A DNA stretch of 63,520 nt, counting the filler, from Parasitella parasitica NRRL 2501 (lineage: Eukaryota; Fungi; Mucoromycota), in NCBI GenBank assembly GCA_025201805.1. It is 4 parts of 4 records of this genome, joined end to end, with 100 filler letters (N's around TTAATTAATTAA, not from the genome) between each part and the next. Parts side by side here need not be neighbours in the genome. Positions count along the whole stretch, not along the records: positions 1 to 19,346 come from MU619418.1; positions 19,447 to 40,021 come from MU619424.1; 2 more parts are not named here. One strand, given 5' to 3'. Under the pieces are notes generated by a model. It saw only the letters and a list, made by a program, of their open reading frames with translations. It searched no databases and had not been told where the DNA came from. Shown one piece after another: positions 9,819-23,203 of the stretch (position 1 is the stretch's first letter; every line of letters starts with the position of its first letter). Made by a program: the position numbers and the translations under genes.

Positions 9819-12101
9819 GTATCTGCTCTTCGTTAAGTATTTTTTTTTTTTTTTTTTTTTTTTTTNNNNNNNNNNAAATAAGTTATACTGCATCTCTTGC
9901 TTCCCCCATCTTACTCTAAAATTGTTATTAGAGGATCTTATTCATGGATTTGATATCCAAGTTGCTATTTATACTGTTTTGATGTTCTGAAGAGAAGTTT
10001 CTAAACAATTGATATATATATATATCAATATAAATACCTCTTTATTTAGACTTGTAGATAAATTGACAAAATAAAAATTGTTTCACTCGTGGGAGTTAAT
10101 TTCAAATAAATCTAATGAAAATTATCTGAAACTTACAAATTTTCTTTAGGATTCACACACAAGCATGTTTTGACAATTGCTCAAGTTAGGTATAAGAAAC
10201 AAGCCAAAAACTGAGAGAATTTAGAGTATAAAGACGGGATTTACTCTAGCTCGTTGAAACCGAGCTTGGCAGGGACATACTAGAGACATGGTAGTGTGTT
10301 AAAACCTGATTCACAAGCTAAGTTTTTTTTTTTTTTTTTTTGAAACTTGGATCTGGTTACTACAATGAGCATGATTAGAAATGGCATATCCTAAACCAAC
10401 CGACCTCAAAACTATGACATACAAAGAAAATTTTCTATATCAAGATAAGAGTTGAGATCTGATGTTACTGGAGCCGCATTGGACGTATTTCTGCCACTTT
10501 AGAATGATTTGTAACGTTTGTAATGTCGTAAACGGAATTAGTAAACCTTGAGCAGCTTATTCATTTGGAATTAACGGTATATTATTTATTGTAAAATAGC
10601 TTAACTTTTCTGCCAATTAGTTTTTGGCGATATTCAAGCAGCCTTATCCTTGCAGCGGAGGTCCTACAACAATTTGATAAAGAATCTCTTTAAATCATTT
10701 TGTCAAATAAATTATGCCGGATATAAATCTTTCAGCAATTCGCAAAACAGCTCTTGCAAGCAAGAAGGAGGTATGGACCACATTTGCAAAGTCTTTTATC
10801 AATCCCACACACCACATGCGAATATTGAATCCCTCCGAGGAGCAGTTGCTGACCTTTCATAATATCGTTAGTGTGTCATTAGCCGTATATTCAAAGAAAT
10901 ATACTCGTTTATTGTTGATTTTTGGCTCTGATTGTTCTTGTTGACGATTGCAGAAAAGCATCAGGCACAGTTTACGTAGCAACAAAGTAAAGAAGAGCGA
11001 TTTGGCATTTTCGATCTGGTATTTATGTGGCTCAAATTTTCAATCTATCATAATTTGTAGATTCTTTTATTTTGCAAAAATTTTTCTTCAAGGTATTTTT
11101 TAGTGATGTACGCATACCTAAAGCGTGCGGATGATAACACAGCCTTGGCTAATAAAGCCTTACTTGAAGATTCTCTGTTTGTAATAGCATATTTTGGCTC
11201 AAGGCCCGGCGATCCCTACCTTCTTTCTAAAGTGTTGGTAAAAAAAAAAAAAAAAACTTGAACAAGTACGTAACTCCATATCCATCTCCAACGATGAGGT
11301 TGCTAATCAATAATTCTCGAGTTCCAGAGCTCGAATTAATCATCGAATAGGAAATAGTGAGTTGGTATTTTGCGATATCACTTGCTAGGTAGTAGCAATG
11401 TTGATATTTGAGTTCACATGTCGAACCAAGTTTTCATAAAGCATCTAATTATTAATTTACCCTGCGACCTTTATCCAACCGACTTGTTTCTTCACCAATT
11501 TGGTATGGCCGTCTGGTTGTATCCTTAAATATCCATGCGTTTACAATACCATAATAATTTGTCTTGAGTCGGTTACACTTGGTCGGATCATGATATAAAT
11601 GGAGTCAAACAAATTCATTACCGCTAAATTAATAGAGTGGTACAATGTGCTACAGCAAATGTAAAAAGACAATAAATCTTGCCAATCAAGATATCCTGTA
11701 TTTTAAAAAACCAAAAATGAACATGTATTGTATACTTGAGAAAAGTTTCCACTTGCTCAAAATCAGCATTTGAAGGCCTAAAAAACATTGCCGCTTCAAT
11801 AAAAACTATGCATTCCCAAAATCAGGGACGGGAAGTCAATCCCTTTACACTTGTAGCTGTAGGCTAAGGCGATTAAGGTTTTTCAGGAGTCAAGAAATTT
11901 AGGGAGAATTTTCNNNNNNNNNNNNNNNNNNNNNNNNNNNNNNNNNNNNNNNNNNNNNNNNNNNNNNNNNNNNNNNNNNTCATCTATGGTGACTCACAGC
12001 TTTGTAAAACCAAGAGAAAAAGGAAAGATTACTATATTACTGTTTGTGTAGGTATGTATAAGTTTGTATGTATGCGTGTGGATCGGAAGGGTGCAATCTA
12101 T

Positions 12102-13087
12102 TTAGGCTCGATTATTCAATTCTGTCAAGATGACGACTTCCTGGTGCTGCTTGATTTCAAGTCTAACTGGCTTATCGCCATTGACTCTTTGCAAAGCCTT
12201 TTCGTTCAATTGAAGTTCTGCGGGATGTGTAGTAACTATAGTAGAAATAAAGTTAGCAGTGGCCTCATTTGACGTTGCAACATATTACCCCAATGAATCA
12301 CCATACAGATGATAGTGAGCGATAATGCAGACACGCTGGAGGCAACCAACCCTCTCTCGTGCCCGTTCAAGCAAATCATTATGATAAAGTTTGCGGCGGA
12401 AGTGATCAGAGCAGTAATAGCAGCAATGGCATTGCGCTTCGCCATCATGTGTAAAGAGGACGATTGGTGAGCTGTCTGTTGCGCTGTATTGGGAAAGCAG
12501 TAGAATTTGATGAAAATGGAAATGTAAAGAAGAGATATAAAGACGTCGTAACAGAGAGCGACGGCTGACGCGGGCAGGTCAAAGCCAACTATGCAATGGA
12601 AAGGATATTCGTTTGCTACTATATTGACACGAAACATGATTTGGAGTAAAATGATGGCAATGTGAGGCAGCATTAGACCCAAGTTGATCAAATACAGGGG
12701 CGACCTAAAACGGGTGCTCTTTGGAACAGAGATAATATGGATCTATGGTAGCAGTAATTAATACAAGCAGTGCTTGGTTGGGATGGCGAGATTTACCTTT
12801 TCAATAAAGTATAGATAGAGGACAGCTTTGGCGGCTGTGTAGATTAAGGTACAGTTGAAATTGGTCATTACGCAAGAGATAAAATTGCCATTATTTGTGC
12901 TGGTGAGCATGCAGGCAATAAGATTGAATGCCCAACTAAGGCCATACAAGATCAGCAGCAAGCCGCGGACGTAGTGGATGGGGCCGTCTATACTGGCAAT
13001 CTTTCGGCCAAATATTAACGATACAATAGTAATGCAAGTGACGCTGTTGACTTCTGCGAGAATTTCCCACTGATCTGGTGAGTACAT
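12102..13087 (-). CDS. Seven-transmembrane GPCR-like membrane protein (3 exons)
   Basis: Exons 13087-12797, 12742-12289 and 12235-12102 splice in frame. There are seven hydrophobic segments, a Cys at the start of TM3 (ISCVMTN) and in ECL2 (FHCIVG), and a short polar C-tail. Confidence 0.7.
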
Positions 13088-13644
13088 TCTGAATAATTAA
13101 TGATGAAAAAGAAAAAGAAAAAGCAACAAAAAAAAACAAAAAAAACTAAAAGAAATAAAAAGGAAATAAAAAGCACGCACAATCAAGGAGAGAAACTGTT
13201 CAGCTACAAGTCCAAGCAACAACGTATAATGTATACTGTAACATGAAATTATTAAAAATAAAGGAGTAAAAGAAACATCGAGTTGCATGGTAGGCGTGTG
13301 TGTAACTTGGCTTGATTAACGTGTGCCATTTTATCTCTTGTTTGTCAAGTGTAGTAACAGGAGTCCAGAAGATGACTTGGCTTCAATGCGAGTGCGCTTT
13401 CACATATCGTTATGATATGCAATTGCGCCATCAACTTTATCTTTGCCATGTTTTCGACTCTCTCCTTGAACATCATGTTCCCCCTCTTCCGTCCCAAATC
13501 ATTCTAGGTTAGCACCATCAAACAATAACAGGATTTGGTTCCTATGCTGCCCAAATCCAACGGTTGTCATGGTAGTCGGATACGCTTGCGGTAGCTCGCT
13601 CAGACCCGGCAAATTTGGCACACCGAGATCAATAATAAGGCTAT

Positions 13645-13670
13645 CGTGCGTCGCGTGTTGCAGCGCGCTT
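13645..13670. promoter_or_regulatory. Candidate G1/S (MCB/E2F-like CGCG) elements upstream of Timeless
   Basis: A cluster of TCGCGT (=ACGCGA) and AGCGCGCT lies ~70-90 bp upstream of the ATG of a replication-fork gene, in an otherwise CpG-poor region. Confidence 0.3.
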
Positions 13671-13736
13671 GCTGAAAAAATTCAACTTTTTCTTCTTCTC
13701 TTGTACTCGCCTTTTGTCTTTTTGTGAATTAGCAAT

Positions 13737-16288
13737 ATGGAAGAAGACGAAGAGCGCGAAGGAACCAGAGCATACATCCTAAATTTATGTTCTGCTATTG
13801 GTGGCCTCGAAGAAATCAAGCAAGATGATGGAACCGTTGGTCAGATCTACTGTGCTGGTGATGAAGCCTTAGGTACAGCATGTGCAAGCCTTTTGCAAAC
13901 CTTCAATAAACTAACTCTTGTACAATAGCTTGTTTGAGAGACTTGAAGAAAGCAATTCGTATTGATAGTCAAAATAATGAGAAAACTGTATTGAACACTC
14001 TAGTCGAGTTTAATGTTGTAAAGACGGATATTGTACCTTTGCTATTATCTTATCGAAATCAACGTACAGAAGTTGCAGATCGATTCATTCTTGCCTGTGG
14101 TAAATACGTTTTTTCTCAGGTAAAGCCGCCTTTAGTTTAATTAGACGTTTACATAGTCGAATTGTTGGTACCCATGACATGGCCACTTGAACAAAAAACT
14201 CTAGATGATGAGGACGAGGAGGGTGAGCCTGAGAATCCCAACGTAATGCAATGCTACCGAAAATACAAGTTGGATCTTTTGACACCAGGTGTATTTGAGA
14301 CTATCCTAACCATGATTATCAAAGCACTTCGAAAGCCCCATAGGTAAAAAGAGAGGTTCTCTTGCGATGTAGACACATTAACTTTTTATTTTTGTGGTAG
14401 AGAGAGGTCCACTGTGGATCACACCAGTATTCGACTGGTGCTTTATCTTTTGCGTAATTTGGCTACCATTCCTGATTTAAATATGCCTGAATTCGGTACT
14501 GAAGATCAGATCAGAATGTCACATATGCAGGAATTATTGCTGATACGATATTACGAATCTGATATCATGGAATTTCTGCTCACAATTGCGTCCAACAGCG
14601 AAAGACAAGGAGGTACATCAGAGTGGAACGTATTAGTTTTGGAAACTATATACAATCTTCTCAAACATGTTGATCCAAGAGACGTATTTTCATACACACC
14701 TTCTGAGGATGCAGTAAGTCAAAAATGCTGGAACTAAACCAAGTAGCATACAACTTGAATATTATTTGTAGAAACAAGGAGAGCTCCAAGATTTGTCAGC
14801 TAAATTATCAAACTTGCTATCAAAGGAAACATCTAACAAACGACTCAAGACAGGATATACTCCATCGAGACACAATAGATTTGGTGGTACTTATGTACTG
14901 GATTGGGATGGGAAAAAAAGAGTATCACATAAACAAGTGGCAGGCTTTGCAGATTCTGCGTTTGTTGTTGAGGGAGACAAAAGGACAAGCAGGATAGGAA
15001 AAAAACGCAAATTGGAGGATACACTTATACCAAAAAAAGTTTACCGAAACAGAAAAACACTCAAATATCTCAAAACAATCTCCCAGTCATTCCTTACATC
15101 CTGCTTCAATGGTAAAAAGAAAGATTTTTCAACTATGTTTACTCGCCACGACTTATTTGGTTCTAGCATTCTTTGACTGTATTTTAAAGGATATGCAACG
15201 TGAGGACGACAAAATTGTACCGAAAGATTACCCTCGCTACTACTTTACTATGAAATGGTTCCTGGAATATCATAACTACGAACATAAGGCCGCGCACAAA
15301 AGCAAAGTGGACGAATTTTATATACCGAATGGTGATTTACTGCAAGATATTGAAAATAATGATTTCGACTACTCTTTAGTTGCCAGTGCTTTGAACCTAA
15401 AGACTGTTTTGTTTTGTTTGCGACACATGCGAATAAGATTAGATGATAAAGAGTGGTTTGACGTACAAATGGCAGTGGATTGTTTTCGTCAAATGTTGGT
15501 GACGCTGGGAGCCATGGCTAAATCAGACATCGAGGAACACCGCCAAGTGGCAGAACACATCCAACAGAACTTGTATTATGAGCAGGCATCGTTCGATCTA
15601 TTCCTTGATATATTAAAGTGCTATAGAAATCAGTCCTATGGCTACTTGAAAGCTGTAATTATGTTGACCCATGTGCTGCTGAAATCTTTAGATCACTATC
15701 AAAAAGGGAAAAAGATGATGTTTGTTCGCAAAAAGAAAACCCAAAAGAAAAAGAAACCAGCAAAAGTGGGAGAGGAACAGCAAGAAGAAGGCTTGGCAGT
15801 GATTACAGCTATTGACTCGGAAGAAGAGAGCGATCCTCAAATTGATAAACACAAAGAGCAAGAATACAGAGATATCCAATTCAAATTCTCGTCATATGAG
15901 CAGAAATATGTTTCCTGGGACGTGGTTTATGCTTATACTTCTTTGCTGGAACTTTATCAACACTTGCAGCCAGAGTATCTGACCTGTATTTCGAATATGT
16001 TTCATAGGCTGGCGGTTAAGAGAAAGGCAGAGTATTTATTCTGGAAGGTAATAAGAAACTGATTACAGCGCAGAGACAAGGTTCTAATCATCTAAGATGC
16101 AGCTCCCTGTAATGGAGTTATTTAATCGTATTTTACAAGACACAAAAAAGTTTCCACAATCTACGGCTTTTGCAGAACTGGAGCAATTTATTCGGTACTC
16201 TACTCGCCAGTTCTTCATAGCAGCCGCTGAGTATCCGCTCTTGTACATAGAAGCGCTCAATCCAAGCATAAAATCCGATTATAAATAG
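13737..16288 (+). CDS. TOF1: Timeless/Tof1/Swi1 replication fork protection complex subunit (~7 exons, ~735 aa, possibly C-terminally short)
   Basis: Timeless-family motifs: LCSAIGG, DEALACLRDLKK, DIVPLL, ELLVPMTWP, SIRLVLYLLRNL, PSRHNRFGGTY, VAEHIQQNLYYE, MFHRLAV. Confidence 0.88.
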
Positions 16289-17374
16289 CTGAACATTTTG
16301 TCAGCAAGTTTTTTGCTTATGTCTCAATTTTATCTTTTAGGCTTGCCTATTTGCTTTTTGATCTAAAAGGATCTCGCTGTAAAGTCCAGGAAGGAATAAT
16401 ATCCTTCTCAAATAATCGAATAAGGAACACCATCTGATCAAGTACTTTGATGAGAAACATCGTACTCTTTTGAATAAGAAACGCTATTAATAAAACTTTA
16501 AATAAGGAACACTATCCTTCTACGTATATATTGAACAAACGAATTAGGAGTACTATTTGTACAATAATAAAATCTTATTCTGAACGATATTCAATTCATA
16601 TTTTGATAGAGTCACTATCCTAATAAATATCTCATTGTGGCCGTATGCTTATGGGATTTTCTGAAAAGAGAGGGAATTGTTTAAGACCAAACGTAACACG
16701 TCGTCCTAATGAGACTATCACCAAAGCTTCTAGTGTCATGCTCATTAAGGATACCGCCACTTGTTAGAGAGCTCTTGGTGGATTAGATGATGGAGTTCAG
16801 TGAATCCCAAATAGATAATGGTAGTCGCCCTTGAATAAAAAGTTCAACTCAAAATGGCGTTGCCTCCAAAAAAGGTAAAATTGAAAATGTTGACCTGACA
16901 AAATCTAAATACATTTTCCAAAGTTCTGTGCCAGGTCCAGGATATGAGCACAGTAGCGATTGTATATGATAAAGATATAGGAAAGTAATAGAGACTTAAT
17001 TTACCAGATACAAAATTATTGATTTTACTGATTGAAAAGAAGCTGTCTCTTTATATTGGATTAAGTTTATATGAATCCATTTACAATTTCAATCAGATTA
17101 TGTTTGACGTTTTAATTGTCAAACAAGATTATAACACAGTAATAGTCAGAGCAAGACCCATTTCTATATTTAATCAATTAATTATTATCTATGTGAATTA
17201 TTCATTGATAAGTTGAGCTTCACAACTTAGAATACCAAGTAAAAAAGAACCAAAATAGATGAGGTTACTTCTTCAAAACAATCTTTTGATTACTTCTATC
17301 CATTGTATAGAATAATCAGTAATATTTGACCTAGATCCGATCAGGAACGGTTGCCACGACAACTAAGTTTGAGT

Positions 17375-17604
17375 TGTTGGACCAAAAAAAGATAATAAAA
17401 ACCAAATGCTAACGAGATACGAAAACTTGATGATACTTTATTAAATGTCGAAATTGCATCTGCTATTTATACTTTTTACAACTATATAAATTTATGGTGA
17501 CTTATTTAGATTACTAATTGGCAAGACTAATTTACAGTGACAATCTACTTGACAGGGTACGATATAAGGTTATAAACAAGGGCTACACGTCTTTGATCTT
17601 AACA
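17375..17604. repeat. Solo-LTR-like dispersed repeat (TGTT...AACA)
   Basis: Begins TGTTGG and ends TTAACA. The first ~75 bp recur at 46152-46228. Confidence 0.5.
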
Positions 17605-18077
17605 GTGCCTTAACCGTATCCTGGTCCTCAGATCTGAGTTACTTACAGGAATAACATTCTAGATTTAAAACAAAAACTTGATACTCAAGTTTACACAAGC
17701 GAATCACATCACATCACTGGACAATCTTCAACCTTCAATTGAAGTACATTGCCATGACCTCCTGTCTATAATTATGACAGATCATGAGTAGCAGAACCGT
17801 CATATTCTATAGACACCACACAAGTGACTATACAACCTTTGTTTTACATTTATTTATCCTTTGCTAAAAAGGTACACATACTAAAAACATTTAGCAGTCT
17901 ATTGCTTAGCCACAGTCACGTGATTTTATATTTCAAACTCCGACAGAAAAAACGCGAAGGTGTTTTTGCAAATATCTTTTGATAGACAAGTCGCGCAAGG
18001 GAAATCAAGTTATGCTCAGATAGCGATGATCATGCATGTTCTTATGGCGCATAAGACAGTGTTTATTTTACTGTTTA

Positions 18078-18270
18078 TCGAAGCCTATGATCGATTATAT
18101 GCAATTCTGATATGAGAATTTGTGATATCATCTGATAACTTTATAGATATCAATAAAAACATGAAAGCCAATGTTGTTGCCAAATAGCGCCAAGTCAGTG
18201 CTAAGTTTTCCAAGTTAGATCTCGGTTCTACGGCCATTTTAGCACAAGTTATGAGTAAATTGATGTGTCA
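18078..18270 (+). repeat. Dispersed repeat, second diverged copy at ~22035-22200
   Basis: Shared blocks: catctgataa(c/t)tttatagatatcaat, atagcgccaagtca(g/a)tgctaa, caagttagatc. Confidence 0.7.
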
Positions 18271-18844
18271 ATTTCCTAACCGGAAGTCAAACTCAAGTAA
18301 ACTCAATCCTGAACAGAATTTAGGGACATATCCCAATGAATCATGTTCCTTATTTATAACTCAACATGACATGTTTATGGACAATAAATACAATCTATCA
18401 TTCCATTCTCTAAACCACACCATGTCTCATACTTGTATCTTATCCTCCCATCAGTCCACTTTTAGATTCACTAGTATATAAACCATCATTTTTTCCATCA
18501 TATAAAAAACGAGATCTTTACCTGATTAATTCACAACCGTTTTATTTGAATTATTTCTCATTCTGATAAATCAGACTAGAAATATGAGGCAAAGGTTACA
18601 TATCATATTACAAAAACTATCCCTTTTTTATAAAGTTGATACAAACATAAAACAATAAACCTACCTTTTTATCTTGTTACAACCTATAATATAGTATTGC
18701 CTATTGTATTATATTTAAATCTACTATTTCTGTGTAAATACATTACACCTTTCAGATACTCAATAATCATATTTGTATATGACAAAATTGTCAGCACTGG
18801 TTTGGCAGGTATTCCGGAGGTAGCAATGGCCAAGCCGGGCAAAC

Positions 18845-19010
18845 GCAAGTTCAAGCCAAGAGTACAGGGTGTTTCGAAATTATTCACGCACTTTTTGAAA
18901 AAAAATTCAAGCAGTCGGAAAAATAAAAATCAAGCACTAATTAAAAAAAATTTCAAGCATTAATAAAATAAAAATTCAAGCACAAAATGAAAAAAAAATC
19001 AAGCACATTA
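18845..19010 (+). repeat. Array of short AAAA(T)TCAAGCA motifs, TE subterminal-like
   Basis: About 5-6 copies of tcaagca, preceded by A-runs, at ~22-24 bp spacing. Confidence 0.55.
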
Positions 19011-19165
19011 AAATTTATTGAATGGGTTTTCTGTTTAAGCAATCATCAAATTTCCCTACTGAATATCTACAAAAGCCAGTTAGCTTCCCACTACCATCGC
19101 CAAAATAAATTGTGGATATCTGAAAGTAACTAAGAAATTCTTATGAATATAAAAGTGATGTAAAC

Positions 19166-19512
19166 GTTGTCGTGCCAGTGTCAAAGGGCGCAGCGTGTAA
19201 TGTTATGTAAATATGATTTGTATGAAGTGATAAGACTTTTCTGAATAAAACCAGATACAAAACTGAAGACTTTTATTGACATAAGATATGATCTCTATTT
19301 ATACTAAAATATATCCCAATCAATGTTTATCCACATAACATCTGATNNNNNNNNNNNNNNNNNNNNNNNNNNNNNNNNNNNNNNNNNNNNTTAATTAATT
19401 AANNNNNNNNNNNNNNNNNNNNNNNNNNNNNNNNNNNNNNNNNNNNTTATTACTTTATACAAATCATATTTTACATAACATTACGCTGCGCCCTTTGACA
19501 CTGGCACAACAC
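19166..19512. repeat. Same repeat terminus at the ends of two joined scaffolds (apparent inverted repeat across the linker)
   Basis: 19166-19235 (gtgccagtgtcaaagggcgcagcg..taatgttatgtaaa..atgatttgtat) is the reverse complement of 19447-19512. Confidence 0.7.
19347..19446. other. Artificial scaffold linker N-TTAATTAATTAA-N
   Basis: A six-frame stop 12-mer embedded in N runs; the identical construct occurs three times in the window. Confidence 0.95.
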
Positions 19513-20799
19513 CGTATTTGTTAGTTGTGTTTAGATCCAATATGGATATTCAGTATACAAAAAAAATTTTACCACAAATTTTGAAAGACCCTTTGACTTG
19601 CGTTTGGTTCAAAATCTTTGCCATTACTGTGAAATACATTCATTATGATGATCTGCATTCTACTTCTAGATTCATCCAGTTACCTTAAATTGATATAGAC
19701 TACATATGCACACAGATAATAAGATTTGCAATACAGATTTATACTATATAAGATGTAAGCTAGAGATGGCACCATTAGGATGGATGACGCTATAGACTAA
19801 TACTTATATCTTGACACGAGCCTTAGACATTTACTAAATCTAGTGTATGCTACGAGCTTATGCTATATAAGATTTATGCTTCAGATGCGTATTCCCAGTT
19901 TCTAGATACGCACTATAGGACATATACTTATATCCATGATACTAGTTACAGATACGTTATGTACTACAGACTTGTACAATATGTGCAATGCTATAGATAT
20001 GGTTATGACATGCTATAGACATGCTACATATACCAATATATGCTAAGATGAATATCAAGTGATATACACTCAGATATGTACTATTAATATAGACTGGATA
20101 AGACTATACAAGAGATGATATACGCTTATGGATCGATATTAATAATCTTCGCATAGAAGATTGATCAGGGCACCTTGGGTAAAGTCTATCTCCTCACTCA
20201 AATAGATTTAAGTTACCTTGAGCCTGCTGATATGTTGGTTAGCACAAAGTTAAGGTGCTAGTAACGCAGTACTGTCGTACATATTAAATTGCGAGAGTAG
20301 AACATTTATCCATAGCTTAAGTATGTAAAGGTTCATCTACCTGGCCAGTAGATGAACTGGAGCTTTATACACCTGTCGATTTGATAATAAAACCTATACC
20401 TTTATCAAGTTGACATTGATTGTTTTTTTATTGTAATTTTTTTCCGTGAATCCATATAACAATTTATACTGATTCACACTTTCCTCTAATGAAGGATGTT
20501 TTCAACATCTAAAGATTTGAAAAGCGTTCTAAGGATGATTTCTACTGATACAGATGCATTCCTTTTAACAATAGATTTAGATTATAACAAGGCTTATTTA
20601 ATATTTTTAAGCAAGAATAATCTGTAGTTTTTATTAAGGAAGACAAGGCGTATTTATAAGAAGTGCCTGTAAGCAAAGTAATTGATCATAAGGAAATAGT
20701 AGTTTCAGTAAAGGGCACAAGGGGAAAGTGCATAGGACAATCAAGGAAAGAATGAGACGGCGTCATAAAGGAGAGCTGAGCCGTAACACTTCCCTACTT

Positions 20800-21095
20800 T
20801 TGTTGTGCCAGAAAAAAGGCAAAAGATCAACCAATAATTAAATTGGTAATTGTTTGTATACCAAGACAAGGAATAAGCTATTGATGTAGAGCATAGCATG
20901 TAATTAACTTGGTATGACATACCAAGTTCAATGTTTATTCACGATAACACATATTGCTACAATAGATATAATAAAGTATAAAAATATGGCATTTTCTTAT
21001 CAATAAAGTCATCAGTTTTTGTGTTTGATTTTATTTTTAAAAGGTTATACATTTTTTGAGCATATATATTCATATATTCTCTGCGCATACCAATT
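20800..21095 (-). repeat. Dispersed repeat, homologous (inverted) to 57185-57472
   Basis: Shared blocks: gttgtgccagaaa, gacaaggaataagctatt, caagttcaatgttta, gctacaatagat, atggcattttcttatcaataaagt, ctctgcgcata. Confidence 0.75.
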
Positions 21096-21171
21096 TTCAT
21101 AAATCCTTTATATGATATACAATCACCTGCTGTGCTCAATTTCAGGACCTTGGACAACAATAAGTTTTTAG

Positions 21172-21585
21172 CTATACCATTTTATTGCAGTCTATGTTAT
21201 CATTGTTATCAAAATACTCATCTTGAATAGTAGTGGTTTTTTCATTGACATCAGCCATGGATGATGAGCAGTCAGGCACAAAACTAGCAGCATTGGCAGA
21301 AGAAATTGATGCAAGAATAGCATTACGTCTAGCTGCATCAAGTTTCTTTGCTTTTTTCAATTTTAATTTGTATCTTTGATTGGTACTAATGCAATGGCAT
21401 CGCTGCCCCGGGATCTTGGGAAACTCTAACAAATGAGCATTGGGATTGACACCGAATGAAAAATTGCAATAACAATATCCCGTTTTATGTAAGTCGTGAG
21501 GGTCGTACACTCTGCGACGTTTGTTTCTGTAAAAGCATTCTGCAGGGATTTTAACGTTTGTTTTAGAATTCGGTTTTATTTTCAT
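21172..21585 (-). CDS. Hypothetical 137-aa basic, Cys-containing ORF, possibly TE-associated
   Basis: Intronless ATG-initiated ORF in AT-rich DNA, next to the dispersed repeat. No recognisable family. Confidence 0.3.
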   Translation of the reverse strand: MKIKPNSKTNVKIPAECFYRNKRRRVYDPHDLHKTGYCYCNFSFGVNPNAHLLEFPKIPGQRCHCISTNQRYKLKLKKAKKLDAARRNAILASISSANAASFVPDCSSSMADVNEKTTTIQDEYFDNNDNIDCNKMV

Positions 21586-23203
21586 TATTTAACAGAAAAT
21601 TTAAGATAAAAAAGAAGTGCACAAAAATACTATGCAAAGCTGATTGAACTAATTTTTTTTCCTACTCCATACTGTGCTTGGATGCTTGAGTAATGTTACT
21701 TGATCTACAAGCTATCACCTGTACTACATTGGTGATGTGGTGGCTTCGCTCTTTGTGTGTTAGTTCTACTAAGGCATGCGCCTAGTTAATTCCAACCATC
21801 TAGTTGTTGCTAATGCTTGTTCTTGCCATTACCTCTGTCAATATCTGGCATAATAATAGTAATTAAATTTATGCCTAAAATACATTTGATTTAGAGTGTT
21901 ATGGTTTTATTTTAAAAGAAGTTTGCATAGGCAACTCAATCATCAAATTATCTTAAATATTGATGCCTATCTTTAGAATTCAAGTCAGAACCCTAGACTG
22001 TTATAGTGTATACAGGCTTTATTTATTTTTATCGTAGCTTATCAGCGATTATGTGCAATTTTATGCTACCATCTGATAATTTTATAGATATCAATGAATA
22101 CACGGACGCAAATATTAATGCGAGATAGCGCCAAGTCAATGCTAAATTTTTCAAGTTAGATCGTGGTTCTTCGATTATTATTGCAAAAGTTATAAGCAAA
22201 TATTTGATATTTATGATTATTTACAGATAATTGGTACCTTCCATGGGAAAGTGTCAAACTCTTAAAGCATCTCNNNNNNNNNNNNNNNNNNNNNNNNNNN
22301 NNNNNNNNNNNNNNNNNNNNNNNNNNNNNNNNNNNNNNNNNNNNNNNNNNNNNNNNNNNNNNNNNNNNNNNNNNNNNNNNNNNNNNNNNNNNNNNNNNNN
22401 NNNNNNNNNNNNNNNNNNNNNNNNNNNNNNNNNNNNNNNNNNNNNNNNNNNNNNNNNNNNNNNNNNNNNNNNNNNNNNNNNNNNNNNNNNNNNNNNNNNN
22501 NNNNNNNNNNNNNNNNNNNNNNNNNNNNNNNNNNNNNNNNNNNNNNNNNNNNNNNNNNNNNNNNNNNNNNNNNNNNNNNNNNNNNNNNNNNNNNNNNNNN
22601 NNNNNNNNNNNNNNNNNNNNNNNNNNNNNNNNNNNNNNNNNNNNNNNNNNNNNNNNNNNNNNNNNNNNNNNNNNNNNNNNNNNNNNNNNNNNNNNNNNNN
22701 NNNNNNNNNNNNNNNNNNNNNNNNNNNNNNNNNNNNNNNNNNNNNNNNNNNNNNNNNNNNNNNNNNNNNNNNNNNNNNNNNNNNNNNNNNNNNNNNNNNN
22801 NNNNNNNNNNNNNNNNNNNNNNNNNNNNNNNNNNNNNNNNNNNNNNNNNNNNNNNNNNNNNNNNNNNNNNNNNNNNNNNNNNNNNNNNNNNNNNNNNNNN
22901 NNNNNNNNNNNNNNNNNNNNNNNNNNNNNNNNNNNNNNNNNNNNNNNNNNNNNNNNNNNNNNNNNNNNNNNNNNNNNNNNNNNNNNNNNNNNNNNNNNNN
23001 NNNNNNNNNNNNNNNNNNNNNNNNNNNNNNNNNNNNNNNNNNNNNNNNNNNNNNNNNNNNNNNNNNNNNNNNNNNNNNNNNNNNNNNNNNNNNNNNNNNN
23101 NNNNNNNNNNNNNNNNNNNNNNNNNNNNNNNNNNNNNNNNNNNNNNNNNNNNNNNNNNNNNNNNNNNNNNNNNNNNNNNNNNNNNNNNNNNNNNNNNNNN
23201 NNN

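Noticed and set aside
10400-11350. Short ORFs downstream of the HK gene
   Set aside because: Fragmented, with no recognisable motif; probably decayed TE sequence that cannot be assigned.
18845-19010. CRISPR-like array (also the periodic motifs at 19700-20130 and 39600-39860)
   Set aside because: The repeats are short and degenerate with A-rich spacers, there are no cas genes, and the context is eukaryotic.
19166-19512. Biological hairpin across the gap
   Set aside because: The arms lie on different scaffolds joined by an artificial linker.
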